The notes beneath the pieces were generated by a model. The model saw only the letters and a program-made list of their open reading frames with translations, was not told the DNA's origin and searched no databases. A DNA stretch of 55,020 nucleotides from assembly GCA_045630225.1 (NCBI GenBank), contig JAZQSR010000062.1, forward strand, positions 1-55,020. The letters run 5' to 3'. The translations under genes were made by a program, and so were the position numbers. This DNA comes from Treponema sp. (GTDB lineage Bacteria > Spirochaetota > Spirochaetia > Treponematales > Treponemataceae). This document shows, one piece after another, positions 19,262 to 29,961 of the stretch. The stretch's first letter is position 1, and each line of letters opens with the position of its first letter.

Positions 19262-19981
19262 ATGGCTACCATCCACATTTCCTATATTTTCATGATGTTT
19301 CTTGCCTACAGCTTTATCGGTTGGCTGTGGGAAACAAGTTTTTGTTCCATTCGTCAGGGGCGTGTTATTAATCGGGGATTTTTGCGGGGGCCCTTGTGTC
19401 CAGTGTACGGAGTTGGGGGAATGCTGATTATGTATTTGCTACAGCCCTGGGCTCACACTTGGATTCCCCTATTTTTTGCCAGCATGGTGATTGTGTCTGT
19501 GGTGGAATATTTTACCAGCTGGATTTTGGAGGTGCTTTTTCACACCCGCTGGTGGGATTACTCCAAGGAAAAATTCAATCTTCACGGAAGGATTTTTCTT
19601 GGTGGGGCCATTTGCTTTGGGCTTATGGGCACCTTGATTGCCCACTTTCTGCATCCCTGGCTGGAGTCCAAGATTTTTTCCATCCCGTTGCAAACAGCCC
19701 GACTAGTGGCGTGGATTTTGTTTGCCATTCTCATGGTGGACTTGATTACCACCCTTCACGGTTTGGTGAACTTTACCCTGTATCAAACTCGCCTGAAGGA
19801 ATTCGCTGAATTTGTAGAACGAGGCTTTGACCAAGAATGGATTAAAGAAAAGGAAGCTGCTTTAAAACAGCAGGAAGAAAAGATGCTCCGTCACATCAAG
19901 AAATTCCCTTCCATGACCAGCACGGAATTCCACAAGGGAATAGCGGCCTTGCGTCATAGAATGCAGCAGGAGCAAAAATAA
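19262..19981 (+). CDS. Membrane protein of the 'putative ABC transporter permease' (CmpB/TMEM229-like) family
   Basis: YSFIGWLWE, NRGFLRGPLCPVYGVG, WWDYS..FNLHGRI motifs; several TM helices. Confidence 0.8.
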   Translation: MATIHISYIFMMFLAYSFIGWLWETSFCSIRQGRVINRGFLRGPLCPVYGVGGMLIMYLLQPWAHTWIPLFFASMVIVSVVEYFTSWILEVLFHTRWWDYSKEKFNLHGRIFLGGAICFGLMGTLIAHFLHPWLESKIFSIPLQTARLVAWILFAILMVDLITTLHGLVNFTLYQTRLKEFAEFVERGFDQEWIKEKEAALKQQEEKMLRHIKKFPSMTSTEFHKGIAALRHRMQQEQK

Positions 19982-20024
19982 AGCCCACTTCCACAGAATG
20001 TACTTCATGGCAGTGGGCTATTTT
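19982..20024 (+). terminator. Probable terminator hairpin between convergent genes
   Basis: agcccact...agtgggct inverted repeat followed by atttt. Confidence 0.55.
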
Positions 20025-20071
20025 AGCAAACTCAGTAACCTTAGTTCATGAAGTACTAGAATCAGGTCAAA

Positions 20072-21172
20072 CTATCGGCGTTTGCGTTCATTCACCAACC
20101 GCTGGATTTTTGCGGTAAAGGCAGCCTGACTAAACTGCTCCACATGGGCAGCAAATTTACTTCTGTCAGCAAAGGTTTCAGGGGGCAGAGATTCAAATCG
20201 AGTCATAGCTTGAATTAAGGACTCTGGTGTTTGCTCATCAAAGAAGATACCCGTTACGCCTTCCTTGATGGAATCGATGGCACCACCCTTGCGATAGGCA
20301 ATGACAGGACAACCTGCAGCATTGGCTTCTACTGGAATAATGCCAAAATCCTCCACCCCAGGAAACAACAGGGCCTTTGCTCCACCCATGTATTCTTCCA
20401 ACTGCTGATGGGTGACACGCCCCGCAAAGGAAACTAAGCCAGAAGCCTCATATTTTTTTCGTTCTTGGGCAGAGCCACCTTCTCCCACCACCACCAGCTT
20501 GCGACCAGAGCGAACACAGGCTTCCAGAGCCAGATCTGCTCGCTTGTAGCCCACTAACTGGCCAAAGAACAGGTAATAATCCTTGGGATTTCGCTGGATG
20601 GTGGCAAATTTATCAATGGCTACAGGTGGATACACGATTTCTGCAGGCCGATTGTAGTAACGGTTAATTCGTTTGGCCACATAGTGGGAATTTGCCACAA
20701 AGCAATCCACCAAGTTGGCGGACATGACATCCCACAGCCGCAGAGAAGGCACCAGCTTTTTCATAAAAAAGCGAACAAAGCCAGAGGCGGTGCGGAAATA
20801 TTCATGGTACATATCCCACAAATACCGCATGGGGCTGTGACAATAACACAGATGAAAGGCATCGGGATTGGGAACCACGCCCTTTGCTGGGCCTGACTCA
20901 CTGGAAATAATCAGGTCATAGTCCGACAAGTCCAGCTCCTTCAGGGCATCGGGCATAAGGGGCATGTATTTCTGATAGAATTTTGCAGCCATGGGAAGCT
21001 TGCTGATTTTTGTGGTAAAAACACGATGGCTACGGATTTTTTCGGAGATGGCTTCTGGCACATACACGTGGGTGTAAATATCAGCCTGGGGAAACATATC
21101 CAGCAGGGCTTCTAGAACTTTTTCTCCTCCTCGCATATTTACTAACCAGTAATGAACGATTGCAACCTTCAT
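20072..21172 (-). CDS. GT4-family glycosyltransferase (group 1)
   Basis: MKVAIVHYWLVNMRGGEKVL, CYCHSPMRY, EDFGIIPVEA motif. Confidence 0.92.
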   Translation of the reverse strand: MKVAIVHYWLVNMRGGEKVLEALLDMFPQADIYTHVYVPEAISEKIRSHRVFTTKISKLPMAAKFYQKYMPLMPDALKELDLSDYDLIISSESGPAKGVVPNPDAFHLCYCHSPMRYLWDMYHEYFRTASGFVRFFMKKLVPSLRLWDVMSANLVDCFVANSHYVAKRINRYYNRPAEIVYPPVAIDKFATIQRNPKDYYLFFGQLVGYKRADLALEACVRSGRKLVVVGEGGSAQERKKYEASGLVSFAGRVTHQQLEEYMGGAKALLFPGVEDFGIIPVEANAAGCPVIAYRKGGAIDSIKEGVTGIFFDEQTPESLIQAMTRFESLPPETFADRSKFAAHVEQFSQAAFTAKIQRLVNERKRR

Positions 21173-22272
21173 AAAACACTCCTTATAGCATCAAAAATTA
21201 CAGTGGCAGATTTTTTAAAGGAATACCCCGTGTCTCCCAGCGAGGGAGCAGGCAATTTCCAGGCGGATAATAGTTTTTCTGCCAAGTCCTCCACATCAGC
21301 CGTTTTGAAAAAGGTAACTGGCAAGCTCCCGTAAATTTCCTTGAACACAGGAATATCGGAAAGCACCACGTTAGTTCCTTGAGAAAGGGCTTCCAAGGGA
21401 GGCATTCCAAAGCCCTCATACAAGGAAGGCTGCACCAAAAGTCTGCAACGGCGGTATAAATCCCGCAATTCACTGTCACTGACTCTACCAGTAAAGGAAA
21501 AGGCTTCTTCTGGTAGGGACTGGAACTGCTCCAAGATGCCGCTATCTCCCGTGCGGAAATTGTTTGCATTGCCTACAATTACCAACCGTCCATCCAAGCC
21601 CCGTTGCCGAGCAAGCTTAAAGGCGGGAAGTAAAATATGTAATCCCTTGTGGGCCTTGATATTACCTACAAACAAAAGATCCTTGCTTTTGCCAGCTTCA
21701 TCACCAGCGGCACTGCACCCTTCTCCTGCACTGGAATCAGTACCATCTTGGGTAAACCAATGTGGCACTGCATTGTAGGTTACCACCAAGGGCTTTTTTG
21801 CAGGAAATTTCAGCAGGCTACGGATTCGCTCGGCAGAAAACTGAGACACAGTAAAAATGCAGCAGGATTTTTTGATGGCGTACTGATAAAACCACTTTCT
21901 TATCGCAGTGCCAAAACCACCAGCCAATTCAGGTATATCAAGAAAAACCACATCATGAATGGTGGAAAAAATGGGCACCCTTATGCCACCAAAAATGCGG
22001 CCAGGAATATTGCAATAGGGAGAGTAATAAGCGTCGCAGCTATTGATGGCCTTTAAAAGTGCAGCAGGAAAGGCAAAAAGCTCCTGTAGGGAAAAGGTTT
22101 TTATGGGGCAGTCCAAGATTTGCACTCTGGGATGGCCTGCATATTGGGCTAAATCTGTGGGGCGTCCCAGTAAGATACATTCATGTTCTTCTGTAAAATA
22201 GGGAAGAAGTCCACACAAATAAGTTCCGATTCCGCCGCTTCCAATCATTCTGCAATCAATGGCCAGTTTCAT
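21169..22272 (-). CDS. GT4-family glycosyltransferase (mannosyltransferase-like)
   Basis: IDCR..GGIGTY, FVGNIKAHKG, PSLYEGFGMPPLEA, SDIPVFKE; start set at ATG 22272. Confidence 0.92.
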   Translation of the reverse strand: MKLAIDCRMIGSGGIGTYLCGLLPYFTEEHECILLGRPTDLAQYAGHPRVQILDCPIKTFSLQELFAFPAALLKAINSCDAYYSPYCNIPGRIFGGIRVPIFSTIHDVVFLDIPELAGGFGTAIRKWFYQYAIKKSCCIFTVSQFSAERIRSLLKFPAKKPLVVTYNAVPHWFTQDGTDSSAGEGCSAAGDEAGKSKDLLFVGNIKAHKGLHILLPAFKLARQRGLDGRLVIVGNANNFRTGDSGILEQFQSLPEEAFSFTGRVSDSELRDLYRRCRLLVQPSLYEGFGMPPLEALSQGTNVVLSDIPVFKEIYGSLPVTFFKTADVEDLAEKLLSAWKLPAPSLGDTGYSFKKSATVIFDAIRSVL

Positions 22273-22274
22273 GC

Positions 22275-22305
22275 CACAACTATACACGGAAAAGGCGATT
22301 CAATC
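22275..22305. repeat. 31-bp direct repeat, copy 1 (contains a -10 box on the minus strand)
   Basis: cacaactatacacggaaaaggcgattcaatc, identical to 25425-25455. Confidence 0.95.
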
Positions 22306-22364
22306 CAGCACTTTTACAGGCTTGAGCCAGACAACAGCTTGATGGCCACATATCAGATGGAAAT

Positions 22365-22400
22365 AAAAAAAGCACCCTCCTGAGGATTTCAGAAGGATGC
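22365..22400 (-). terminator. Rho-independent terminator of the amino-acid ABC operon
   Basis: Minus strand gcatccttctga-aatcc-tcaggagggtgc followed by T7. Confidence 0.85.
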
Positions 22401-22427
22401 ATGTGTCAATCTCGTGACGGAAAAGGC

Positions 22428-23285
22428 TTAGTTCAGTACGCCACCTTCTACAACCAAGGCATCAGGATTGGCAGCTTCGCCATATACTGGAGCCAAGGTA
22501 GCATCGTAGGCAGCATGGAAGAAGTTTTCCTGTCCCAAAGCCTGAATCTCCTGATTCAACCATTCCAAAAGGCTAGTGTTGCCCTTTTGTACAGCAGGAG
22601 CAATAGTGTCCATGTTGCCCAAGGCATCAATTCCCACTGCATAGCCAGGATTTACCAAGGCCCAAGCCAAAACCTCGGTATTGTCGGTAGAGAAGGCATC
22701 TCCACGACCATCAATCAAGGCATTGTATGCATCAGCATATTCGTCATACTTCTGCAACTTTACCTCTGGGTGATTCTTTGCAAAATAAGTTTCAGCAGTA
22801 GTTCCCTTTACCACAATCAAATTCTTGTCAGCCAACTGATCTACGCTGGTAATCAAGGCATTTTCTGGAGAAACAACACCCAACATAACCTTCATGTAAG
22901 GCAAGGCAAAGTCAACCTGGCGGGCACGATCTTCTGTTACGGTGAAATTTGCAAGAATAATGTCAACCTTTCCAGTTGCAACATATTCTACACGGCTAGC
23001 TGGGTCGGTAGAAACATATTCCACAGCCACACCTAAATCCTTGGCAATGCGTTCTGCAAAGTACACGTCATATCCCTGATACTTGCCGTACTCATCAACA
23101 TAACCAAAGGGAGCCTTGTCACTGAATACACCAATAACAATCTTTCCACTGGCCTTAATTTCTTCTACAGTGCGGAAAGAGGTAGCACTTGCGCTGGAAT
23201 CCTTTCCACCCAAAGCCCACAGAGAGGTAGCTGAAAAAGCCAATGCAACAGCTACCATTACCATCTTCATGATATTTCTTTTCAT
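22428..23285 (-). CDS. Polar amino-acid ABC transporter substrate-binding protein (cysteine/CjaA-like)
   Basis: Signal peptide; IGVFSDKAPFGYVD, GYDVYFA, VDIILANFTVT, FSTDN; SBP_bac_3 fold. Confidence 0.88.
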   Translation of the reverse strand: MKRNIMKMVMVAVALAFSATSLWALGGKDSSASATSFRTVEEIKASGKIVIGVFSDKAPFGYVDEYGKYQGYDVYFAERIAKDLGVAVEYVSTDPASRVEYVATGKVDIILANFTVTEDRARQVDFALPYMKVMLGVVSPENALITSVDQLADKNLIVVKGTTAETYFAKNHPEVKLQKYDEYADAYNALIDGRGDAFSTDNTEVLAWALVNPGYAVGIDALGNMDTIAPAVQKGNTSLLEWLNQEIQALGQENFFHAAYDATLAPVYGEAANPDALVVEGGVLN

Positions 23286-23314
23286 AAAAACTCCTTATAT
23301 GCAATGATTAAAAT

Positions 23315-24097
23315 TTAATCATCTTTTTGAACAGTAGATTTGTGTTTCTCAAAGGTAAAGGTACGCAGGAAATCCTTTGCACGTTGTGTCTTTGGAGAAA
23401 CGAAAAATTCCTCTGGAGTTGCTTCCTCCACAATACGGCCCTTGTCCAGAAAAATAATTCTGTCTGCAACGGCCCGGGCAAACTGCATCTCATGGGTTAC
23501 AATTACCATGGTCATGCCCTGATTAGCCAACTCCAGAATTACGTCCAGCACTTCTCGTACCATTTCTGGATCCAAGGCAGCGGTTACCTCATCAAAAAGC
23601 ATTACCTCAGGATTCATACACAGGGCACGAACAATAGCCACTCGTTGCTTTTGGCCACCAGAAAGCTCACGGGGAAAGGATTTTCGCTTTTCCCACAGGC
23701 CAACTCGCTCCAAAAGTGTTTGAGCTTCTGCCACCACTTCCTGTTTATCCCGCTTTTGCACCTTAACAGGAGCCAAGGTGATATTATCAAGAATATTGCG
23801 ATGGGGAAACAGGTCGTAGCTCTGGAACACCATGCCGATTTTTTGTCGCAATTCCTTTGAACGGCGAGCATCGGAATCCACCAATTCCCCGTCCACAAGG
23901 ATGGAACCGCTATTTGGCTTTTCCAAGCCAATCATACAACGCAACAAGGTACTTTTACCACAGCCAGAAGGTCCTAAAAAAACAACCACCTCACCTTGAT
24001 GCACCTTGAGACAAATACCATCAAGAACAGTATCATCTCCAAATTTCTTTACCAAGTCCACCACTTCCAGATGGACACAACTTTCTGATGTTTTCAT
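23315..24097 (-). CDS. Polar amino-acid ABC transporter ATP-binding protein
   Basis: [35 protein letters not shown]. Confidence 0.95.
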   Translation of the reverse strand: MKTSESCVHLEVVDLVKKFGDDTVLDGICLKVHQGEVVVFLGPSGCGKSTLLRCMIGLEKPNSGSILVDGELVDSDARRSKELRQKIGMVFQSYDLFPHRNILDNITLAPVKVQKRDKQEVVAEAQTLLERVGLWEKRKSFPRELSGGQKQRVAIVRALCMNPEVMLFDEVTAALDPEMVREVLDVILELANQGMTMVIVTHEMQFARAVADRIIFLDKGRIVEEATPEEFFVSPKTQRAKDFLRTFTFEKHKSTVQKDD

Positions 24098-24101
24098 AAA
24101 A

Positions 24102-24776
24102 TTACCTCCATCTCTTCTCTAACTTTTCTGCCAGCAGGGAAATTGGCCAGCAAGCAAGAAAATAAAGCAGGAATATCACTCCGTAAATCCACAATGCAGC
24201 AGTTGGATGGGTAAATCTGTTAGCGTCAATGATTTGCTTGCCCACCTTGAGGACTTCAGTCATTCCAATCAATACAACAAGACTAGTAGTCTTAATCATA
24301 CGAGTAGTAAGATTTATAGTCAATGGGATGAGCCGACGTAAGGTTTGAGGGATAATGACATACAAAAATGTTTGTCTGCGTCCCAATCCCAAAACAAGGG
24401 AGCTTTCATATTGATGCTTAGGAATGCTGATTAAGGCTCCACGCACCAAATCTCCCATTTCCGCAGTACCCCACAGGGTAAACACCAAGATGGCACTCGA
24501 TTCTGCAGAAAGATTCCATCCCCAGGCTCGTGTCACACCAAAATAAGCAATGAACAAAAGCACCAGCTGGGGCATTATCCGCACAAACTCCAAATACAGG
24601 CGACTCACAAGACGAGAAAGAGGATTTCTCAAGGTCATAAAAACACCGAACAAAATTCCCAGAGGCATGGACAAAAGCACTGCCGCCAAACTGATTCTCA
24701 GGGTAACCCACAATCCACCCAGTAATCGCAGGAAGTTATGCCCCATGAACAAAACACTAATTCCCGAATCCTGCAT
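24102..24776 (-). CDS. Amino-acid ABC transporter permease
   Basis: [24 protein letters not shown]-like loop, IKTTSL; multiple TM helices. Confidence 0.93.
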   Translation of the reverse strand: MQDSGISVLFMGHNFLRLLGGLWVTLRISLAAVLLSMPLGILFGVFMTLRNPLSRLVSRLYLEFVRIMPQLVLLFIAYFGVTRAWGWNLSAESSAILVFTLWGTAEMGDLVRGALISIPKHQYESSLVLGLGRRQTFLYVIIPQTLRRLIPLTINLTTRMIKTTSLVVLIGMTEVLKVGKQIIDANRFTHPTAALWIYGVIFLLYFLACWPISLLAEKLEKRWR

Positions 24777-25422
24777 GACGCAACCTCCGCTCCAAAACAG
24801 ATGCCAACAAAGAAATTGGCAATAAAATCACCAAGTAGAAAATTACCAGCATAATCAAGGCTTCGTCTGTTTCGTAATACAAGCCAATCAAATCCTTGGT
24901 AACGTACATCAAATCTGCCAAGGCAATACCACTGACCACAGAGGTTTCTTTAATCAGAAAGATTACATTGGCACAGAGACCTGGTACCGATACCGCCATA
25001 GCTTGGGGAAACACCACCTCTGCCATGGTAAGGCGTCGCCCCATACCAAGACTGGCAGCTGCTTCAAGCTGACTGCGTTCCACAGAATCTAGCCCACTGC
25101 GCAAGGATTCTGCCATGTAGCTACCACCCAAAAAGGACAAGCCCACAACGGCACAAACCTCTGAACTGAGCACAATTCCCACCTTGGGCAGGCCAAAGTA
25201 CAGGAAAAACAACTGTACCAACAAGGGCGTATTTCGGCTGATTTCGATATATGCAGAAACCAGGAAACGCAGAAGGGGAATTTTATAATAACGGATTATT
25301 GCACAGCAGATTCCAATAACCAGGGAAAAGAGAATTCCCAAGAAGGCCACCCTCACGGTTAAGACTGCTGCATCAACGTACCACGGCAAATATTTTGCCA
25401 TGAACTCAAAATTTAACTGCAT
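24757..25422 (-). CDS. Amino-acid ABC transporter permease
   Basis: RNTPLLVQLFFLYFGLP, YMAESLRSG..SV...QLEAA..LG; start set at ATG 25422. Confidence 0.93.
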   Translation of the reverse strand: MQLNFEFMAKYLPWYVDAAVLTVRVAFLGILFSLVIGICCAIIRYYKIPLLRFLVSAYIEISRNTPLLVQLFFLYFGLPKVGIVLSSEVCAVVGLSFLGGSYMAESLRSGLDSVERSQLEAAASLGMGRRLTMAEVVFPQAMAVSVPGLCANVIFLIKETSVVSGIALADLMYVTKDLIGLYYETDEALIMLVIFYLVILLPISLLASVLERRLRHAGFGN

Positions 25423-25424
25423 TG

Positions 25425-25455
25425 CACAACTATACACGGAAAAGGCGATTCAATC
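25425..25455. repeat. 31-bp direct repeat, copy 2
   Basis: Identical to 22275-22305. Confidence 0.95.
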
Positions 25456-25486
25456 TACCTAGGATTTACCGTTATGCATTCTTCAT

Positions 25487-25514
25487 TTGACAGTTTAATT
25501 TAAGCGGTTATAAT
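25487..25514 (+). promoter_or_regulatory. Sigma70-type promoter
   Basis: TTGACA-16 bp-TATAAT upstream of the 984-aa gene. Confidence 0.7.
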
Positions 25515-25576
25515 TGTATGTATACATTTTTAAAATGTCATTCTGTCAGTAACTGGCACTAAATAAGGAGTCTTGT

Positions 25577-28531
25577 ATGAGAAAGATTTTATCAAGCATG
25601 ATATGTCTTTTGTGTTTTGCCTCTGTATTTGCGTACGAAGGCATGTTAGCTGGCCAAAAGGATTTAAAAGTCATTAAAACCGAATTTTTCGACATCATCT
25701 ATACCCCTGGTTCAGAAAAATCTGCAGCCGTTATCGCAGAACATGCAGACGATTTGTATCGGGAATTACACGATACCTATAATCTCATCCACGATTTTAG
25801 GATGCCTGTTACCATTACCAGCTCACAAGACATGTTCAATGCTTATTTTACCCAACTCCCCTACAATCACATTGTTCTGTTTGACACACAAGCTCCTGCA
25901 AGCATGGCAGTTTTTGAAGAAGACTTGTTGATGGTTTTCCGCCATGAGTTGACCCATGCAATTACCATAAATATTAAAACTCCCTTCTGGGTTGTAGTTT
26001 CTAAAATTTTTGGCGACATGATTAATCCCACACCTTTGATTGCCACCAGTGGACAGCTAGAAGGTATTGCCGTTACCGAAGAAAGCCGCACGGGAGAAGG
26101 CCGCTTGCACAGCGAATTTACCCGCCACATTGTAAAACAAGCAAAGCTAGAGGATGACTTTCCCAACTTTGCAGAAATAACTGGTGCCCGCAGCATCTAC
26201 GTGTATGATTACAACTACAAGTTTGGTGGTGAATTCATGGAATACCTTCGCCAACGCTATGGCGAAGAAAAGCTGGCTGAATACTGGAAGCGAATGACAA
26301 ACCTGGGTGGATTAAGCTATTTTACCATCTTTGACTCAGTGTACGGCATTACCATGGACGATGCTTGGCAGGATTTTAAGGAAGCCTTTCCTGTACCGGC
26401 CATTCCAGCAGATCCCGCAGAAACAGGTCTTGTTTCTCGGTTCAACACTGACAAAGATTTTGAACAATACACTTACGTTGCCAGTGCCAAGGATAAAATC
26501 GTTTATCACAACAAGAACACTGCAGAATTTTACTACGCAGTCAAAGATGCAACCTCTCCTACAGGCTATACTGTGCCAAAGAAATTCCTGCATCAGGGCT
26601 CCATCCAATCTATGAACCTTTCTGCTGACGGAAGATACCTTACCTATGTCTATCAGTCCACAGCAGGAGCCTTACCAAGAAATAAAATGGCAATTTACGA
26701 CTTTGAAACTAAGTCAAAGTTCAAAGTTCCAGAAGAAAGACTGAACAATGGTGTAGTATTCACCATCACAGAAGGTGGAGCCCAAACAAAGTATCTTGCC
26801 GCCAACAAAAACATCAGTCAGGAGTCTTCCATCAACATTTTCCGCCTGGAAGAAAATTCCAAAGGCAAATTGAAGGACATGGAATTGGTGGAAACTATCA
26901 ACAACAAGTTCAACAACTTTTCCACAAACCTTCAGGCTGATGACAAGGGAACCATTTACTATCTCAGTAAGGAGGGTGTTGAATATATCATCAAATCTTA
27001 TGACTTTATCAGCAAGGTGCACCAGCAGTATGAATTGCCTCATGCAGATATGCTGATTCAGGGATTGAGCATTTCTCCTGCAGCAGACGGTTCCACACGA
27101 GCCTTGTTTACCTACGTACAGCCAGGAACTATGCCTCGTTTGGGAGAAGCAAAAATTCTTCCCACTGGTGTTGAATACAACTTGTATCAGCAAGATCTTT
27201 CTGGTGGTATTTTTGCTCCTGTAGCCCTGGATGAAAATGACATTATGTATTTGGGCTATTTCCTGAAGGGAAATCACATCTATACCGCCAACATACAAGG
27301 TCTGAATGCTGCCACAGTAACTGGTGTAGTAACTGATTTCGGGGTACGTAATGAAGCCGAAAATCAGGCCATGGCTTTTGTAGACACTTCTATCTTGAAC
27401 AATGCCAAAGATTTTTCTGTTTGGCCCTATCTTGTAAAAGGCTCCTGGTATCCCTTCTCTCAGAGTGCCTCCTATGGACTTTCCCAAGGTTTAGACAGTG
27501 TAGAATCATTCGGTTCTTTCATCGGAGCTACTTTTACGGGAGCCATGCCTTGGAATAGCCCCGCCTACACCTTGAGTGCTGGGTATAATGCCTCTGCAAA
27601 ATCAGGAACCTTTCAGACTACTTTTAAGGGAGGTACAGAAACAGACCTTTTCAAATACAAAATGGAAAACAATTTGGAAGTGGATGGGTCTGGATATAAA
27701 CAAACTTATCATAAAATCAATCTTTCATCAGAGACAAATTTGAATTCTGTTTTGAGCATTGGTCTTTCTGACTCCCTAGATTTGTTTGAAGGTCGCCAAA
27801 CCCTTAAGGTAGAAAAAACAGCAGAAGAAAAAGAAGCTGATAAGGGCCTTTTTAAAAGCGATACAAAGATTGAAATAGATTCTCACGATATATTCTTTAC
27901 TCGCAATATCGCCAAACTTAGCATCAAGTATCAGCCTTTACAGGGAAAGGGTGCCTTTGAAATGCTGAAATTCACTGCTCGCACCTTTATTGATACCGTA
28001 TTTGCCGCTGATATTACCGACTTTAGTTCTCCCCTTACCAATTACAATAACTTGGGAGTGGGACTACAAATCCATGTGCCACAGCTACTTCCTATAGATA
28101 CACGGACTTGGGGAACATGGAACCTGCCCTTTACTGTATCTGCTGACTTGTATCCCTCTCAAAGCTACTTCTTGGCAACACGAGGAAAGCTGGTACTGTT
28201 TTCTTTTGAGTTGCAGAAAGCCTTTACCTGGTTCCCCATTGTGTTCTTTAACACCATCACTACAGAGGTGGAATACATAAGCAAATTCTCCAACGGAAAA
28301 AATGCCTCTTGGGCCATTGCAGACATGCCCAGCCACTTTAAATCCTTGGGGGCAGGAAGCATGAGCTATAGCGATGAATTTATCACTCGCCTAGCCCTTA
28401 CCTTAACTCCAGACTTAGGCCAGGCAGCTAGTATTCACCCCACCTTGAATTTTGACTTCAAGTATCGATTCTTCCCAGAAGAAGATGAATCCCCCTTTGT
28501 CTTTAATTTAGGATTTAAGCTAGACCTTTAA
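25577..28531 (+). CDS. Large exported protein: HExxH metallopeptidase-like N-domain, beta-propeller-like middle, probable C-terminal beta-barrel
   Basis: Signal peptide (SVFA|Y); FRHELTH...EGIA zincin motif; LSADGRYL propeller-type motif; terminal FVFNLGFKLDL strand. Confidence 0.6.
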   Translation: MRKILSSMICLLCFASVFAYEGMLAGQKDLKVIKTEFFDIIYTPGSEKSAAVIAEHADDLYRELHDTYNLIHDFRMPVTITSSQDMFNAYFTQLPYNHIVLFDTQAPASMAVFEEDLLMVFRHELTHAITINIKTPFWVVVSKIFGDMINPTPLIATSGQLEGIAVTEESRTGEGRLHSEFTRHIVKQAKLEDDFPNFAEITGARSIYVYDYNYKFGGEFMEYLRQRYGEEKLAEYWKRMTNLGGLSYFTIFDSVYGITMDDAWQDFKEAFPVPAIPADPAETGLVSRFNTDKDFEQYTYVASAKDKIVYHNKNTAEFYYAVKDATSPTGYTVPKKFLHQGSIQSMNLSADGRYLTYVYQSTAGALPRNKMAIYDFETKSKFKVPEERLNNGVVFTITEGGAQTKYLAANKNISQESSINIFRLEENSKGKLKDMELVETINNKFNNFSTNLQADDKGTIYYLSKEGVEYIIKSYDFISKVHQQYELPHADMLIQGLSISPAADGSTRALFTYVQPGTMPRLGEAKILPTGVEYNLYQQDLSGGIFAPVALDENDIMYLGYFLKGNHIYTANIQGLNAATVTGVVTDFGVRNEAENQAMAFVDTSILNNAKDFSVWPYLVKGSWYPFSQSASYGLSQGLDSVESFGSFIGATFTGAMPWNSPAYTLSAGYNASAKSGTFQTTFKGGTETDLFKYKMENNLEVDGSGYKQTYHKINLSSETNLNSVLSIGLSDSLDLFEGRQTLKVEKTAEEKEADKGLFKSDTKIEIDSHDIFFTRNIAKLSIKYQPLQGKGAFEMLKFTARTFIDTVFAADITDFSSPLTNYNNLGVGLQIHVPQLLPIDTRTWGTWNLPFTVSADLYPSQSYFLATRGKLVLFSFELQKAFTWFPIVFFNTITTEVEYISKFSNGKNASWAIADMPSHFKSLGAGSMSYSDEFITRLALTLTPDLGQAASIHPTLNFDFKYRFFPEEDESPFVFNLGFKLDL

Positions 28532-28548
28532 ACTGCACTAGTCAAAGC

Positions 28549-28575
28549 AAAGCCCCCGCCACAAGCGGGGGCTTT
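28549..28575. terminator. Bidirectional terminator
   Basis: aaagcccccgc-cacaa-gcgggggcttt between convergent genes. Confidence 0.88.
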
Positions 28576-28597
28576 CTTGTTTTTAAGTGGGCTTAGA

Positions 28598-29881
28598 TTA
28601 GGCTATGCTGTCAAAACCCCGCTGTAGGTCTTCAAGAATATCCTCAATATGCTCGGTACCGATGGACAGGCGCACGGTGTTGGGCTTAATTCCCTGCTCC
28701 TCCAGCTCTGCGGCAGAAAGCTGACTGTGGGTGGTGGTGGCGGGATGGATTACCAAGCTCTTTACGTCTGCCACATTTGCCAGCAAGGAGAAAAGCTGCA
28801 AGCTATCGATGAACTTAAAGGCTTCTTCCTGGCCACCACGAATCTCCAGTGTAAAGATGGAGCCACCACCATTGGGGAAGTATTTCTTGTACAGGTCATT
28901 GTTGGGATGATCAGCCAAGGCAGGATGGTTTACCTTTTCTACCAAGGGATGGCGAGAAAGGAACTTCAAAACCTTGGCGGTGTTTTCTGCATGGCGTTCC
29001 ATTCGCAGAGAAAGAGTTTCCACTCCCTGCAACAAGAGGAAGGCTGCAAAGGGAGAAATACAGGCTCCCATATCCCGAAGCAAAATAGCACGGATATAGG
29101 TTACAAAGGCAGCAGGTCCCACAGCCTGGGTAAAGGACACCCCATGGTAGCTGGGATTTGGCTGGGCAATGGCAGGATACTTTCCAGAAGCTGCCCAATC
29201 AAAATTACCAGAATCTACTACAATTCCACCTAAGGTTGTTCCATGTCCACCGATGAATTTTGTGGCAGAATGCACCACAATGTCGGCTCCATGCTCAATG
29301 GGACGGAACAGGAAGGGAGTTCCAAAGGTATTGTCCACCACAAGGGGAATACCATGCTTGTGAGCCAAGGCAGCCAAGACATCTACATCGGGAATGTCGC
29401 TGTTGGGATTTCCCAAGGTTTCGATATAAAGTCCACGAGTATTTTCCTGAATAGCAGCTTCTACCTCTGCAAGATTGTGAATGTCCACAAAGCTTGTGGT
29501 AATGCCAAAATTCTTCAAGGTATTGGACAAAAGATTGTAGGTGCCGCCGTAAATAGATTTTTGGGATACAATGTGGCCACCATTTTGAGCCAAAGCCTGA
29601 ATAACATAGGTAATAGCAGCAGATCCAGAAGACAGGGCTAAGGCTGCTACACCACCTTCCAAGGCGGCAATTCGCTGCTCAAAAACAGCTTGGGTTGAAT
29701 TAGTCAGGCGGCTGTAAATATTACCTGGGTCAGTAAGGTTAAATCGAGCTGCAGCCTGAGCACAATCCCGAAACACATAGGATGTGGTGGCATAAATTGG
29801 CACCGCACGAGCATCGGTAGCTGGGTCAGGCTGTTCCTGCCCCACGTGAAGTTGCAAGGTTTCAAATTTGTAGTTAGACAT
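28598..29881 (-). CDS. metY: O-acetylhomoserine aminocarboxypropyltransferase / sulfhydrylase
   Basis: [33 protein letters not shown] (PLP Lys), [20 protein letters not shown]; GGAGG RBS before ATG 29881. Confidence 0.93.
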   Translation of the reverse strand: MSNYKFETLQLHVGQEQPDPATDARAVPIYATTSYVFRDCAQAAARFNLTDPGNIYSRLTNSTQAVFEQRIAALEGGVAALALSSGSAAITYVIQALAQNGGHIVSQKSIYGGTYNLLSNTLKNFGITTSFVDIHNLAEVEAAIQENTRGLYIETLGNPNSDIPDVDVLAALAHKHGIPLVVDNTFGTPFLFRPIEHGADIVVHSATKFIGGHGTTLGGIVVDSGNFDWAASGKYPAIAQPNPSYHGVSFTQAVGPAAFVTYIRAILLRDMGACISPFAAFLLLQGVETLSLRMERHAENTAKVLKFLSRHPLVEKVNHPALADHPNNDLYKKYFPNGGGSIFTLEIRGGQEEAFKFIDSLQLFSLLANVADVKSLVIHPATTTHSQLSAAELEEQGIKPNTVRLSIGTEHIEDILEDLQRGFDSIA

Positions 29882-29939
29882 TGTATCCTCCAAAAAAATT
29901 GAGCCAGCTGAACACCATATCGACAGCCGCCACAAACTT

Positions 29940-29961
29940 TTCCTACTAAATCAATAGGTAA
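29940..29961. promoter_or_regulatory. Putative Rrf2/CymR-type operator upstream of metY
   Basis: TCCTACTAAATCAATAGGTA imperfect inverted repeat (CCTA-n-T...A-TAGG) in the promoter of a sulfur-amino-acid gene. Confidence 0.45.
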
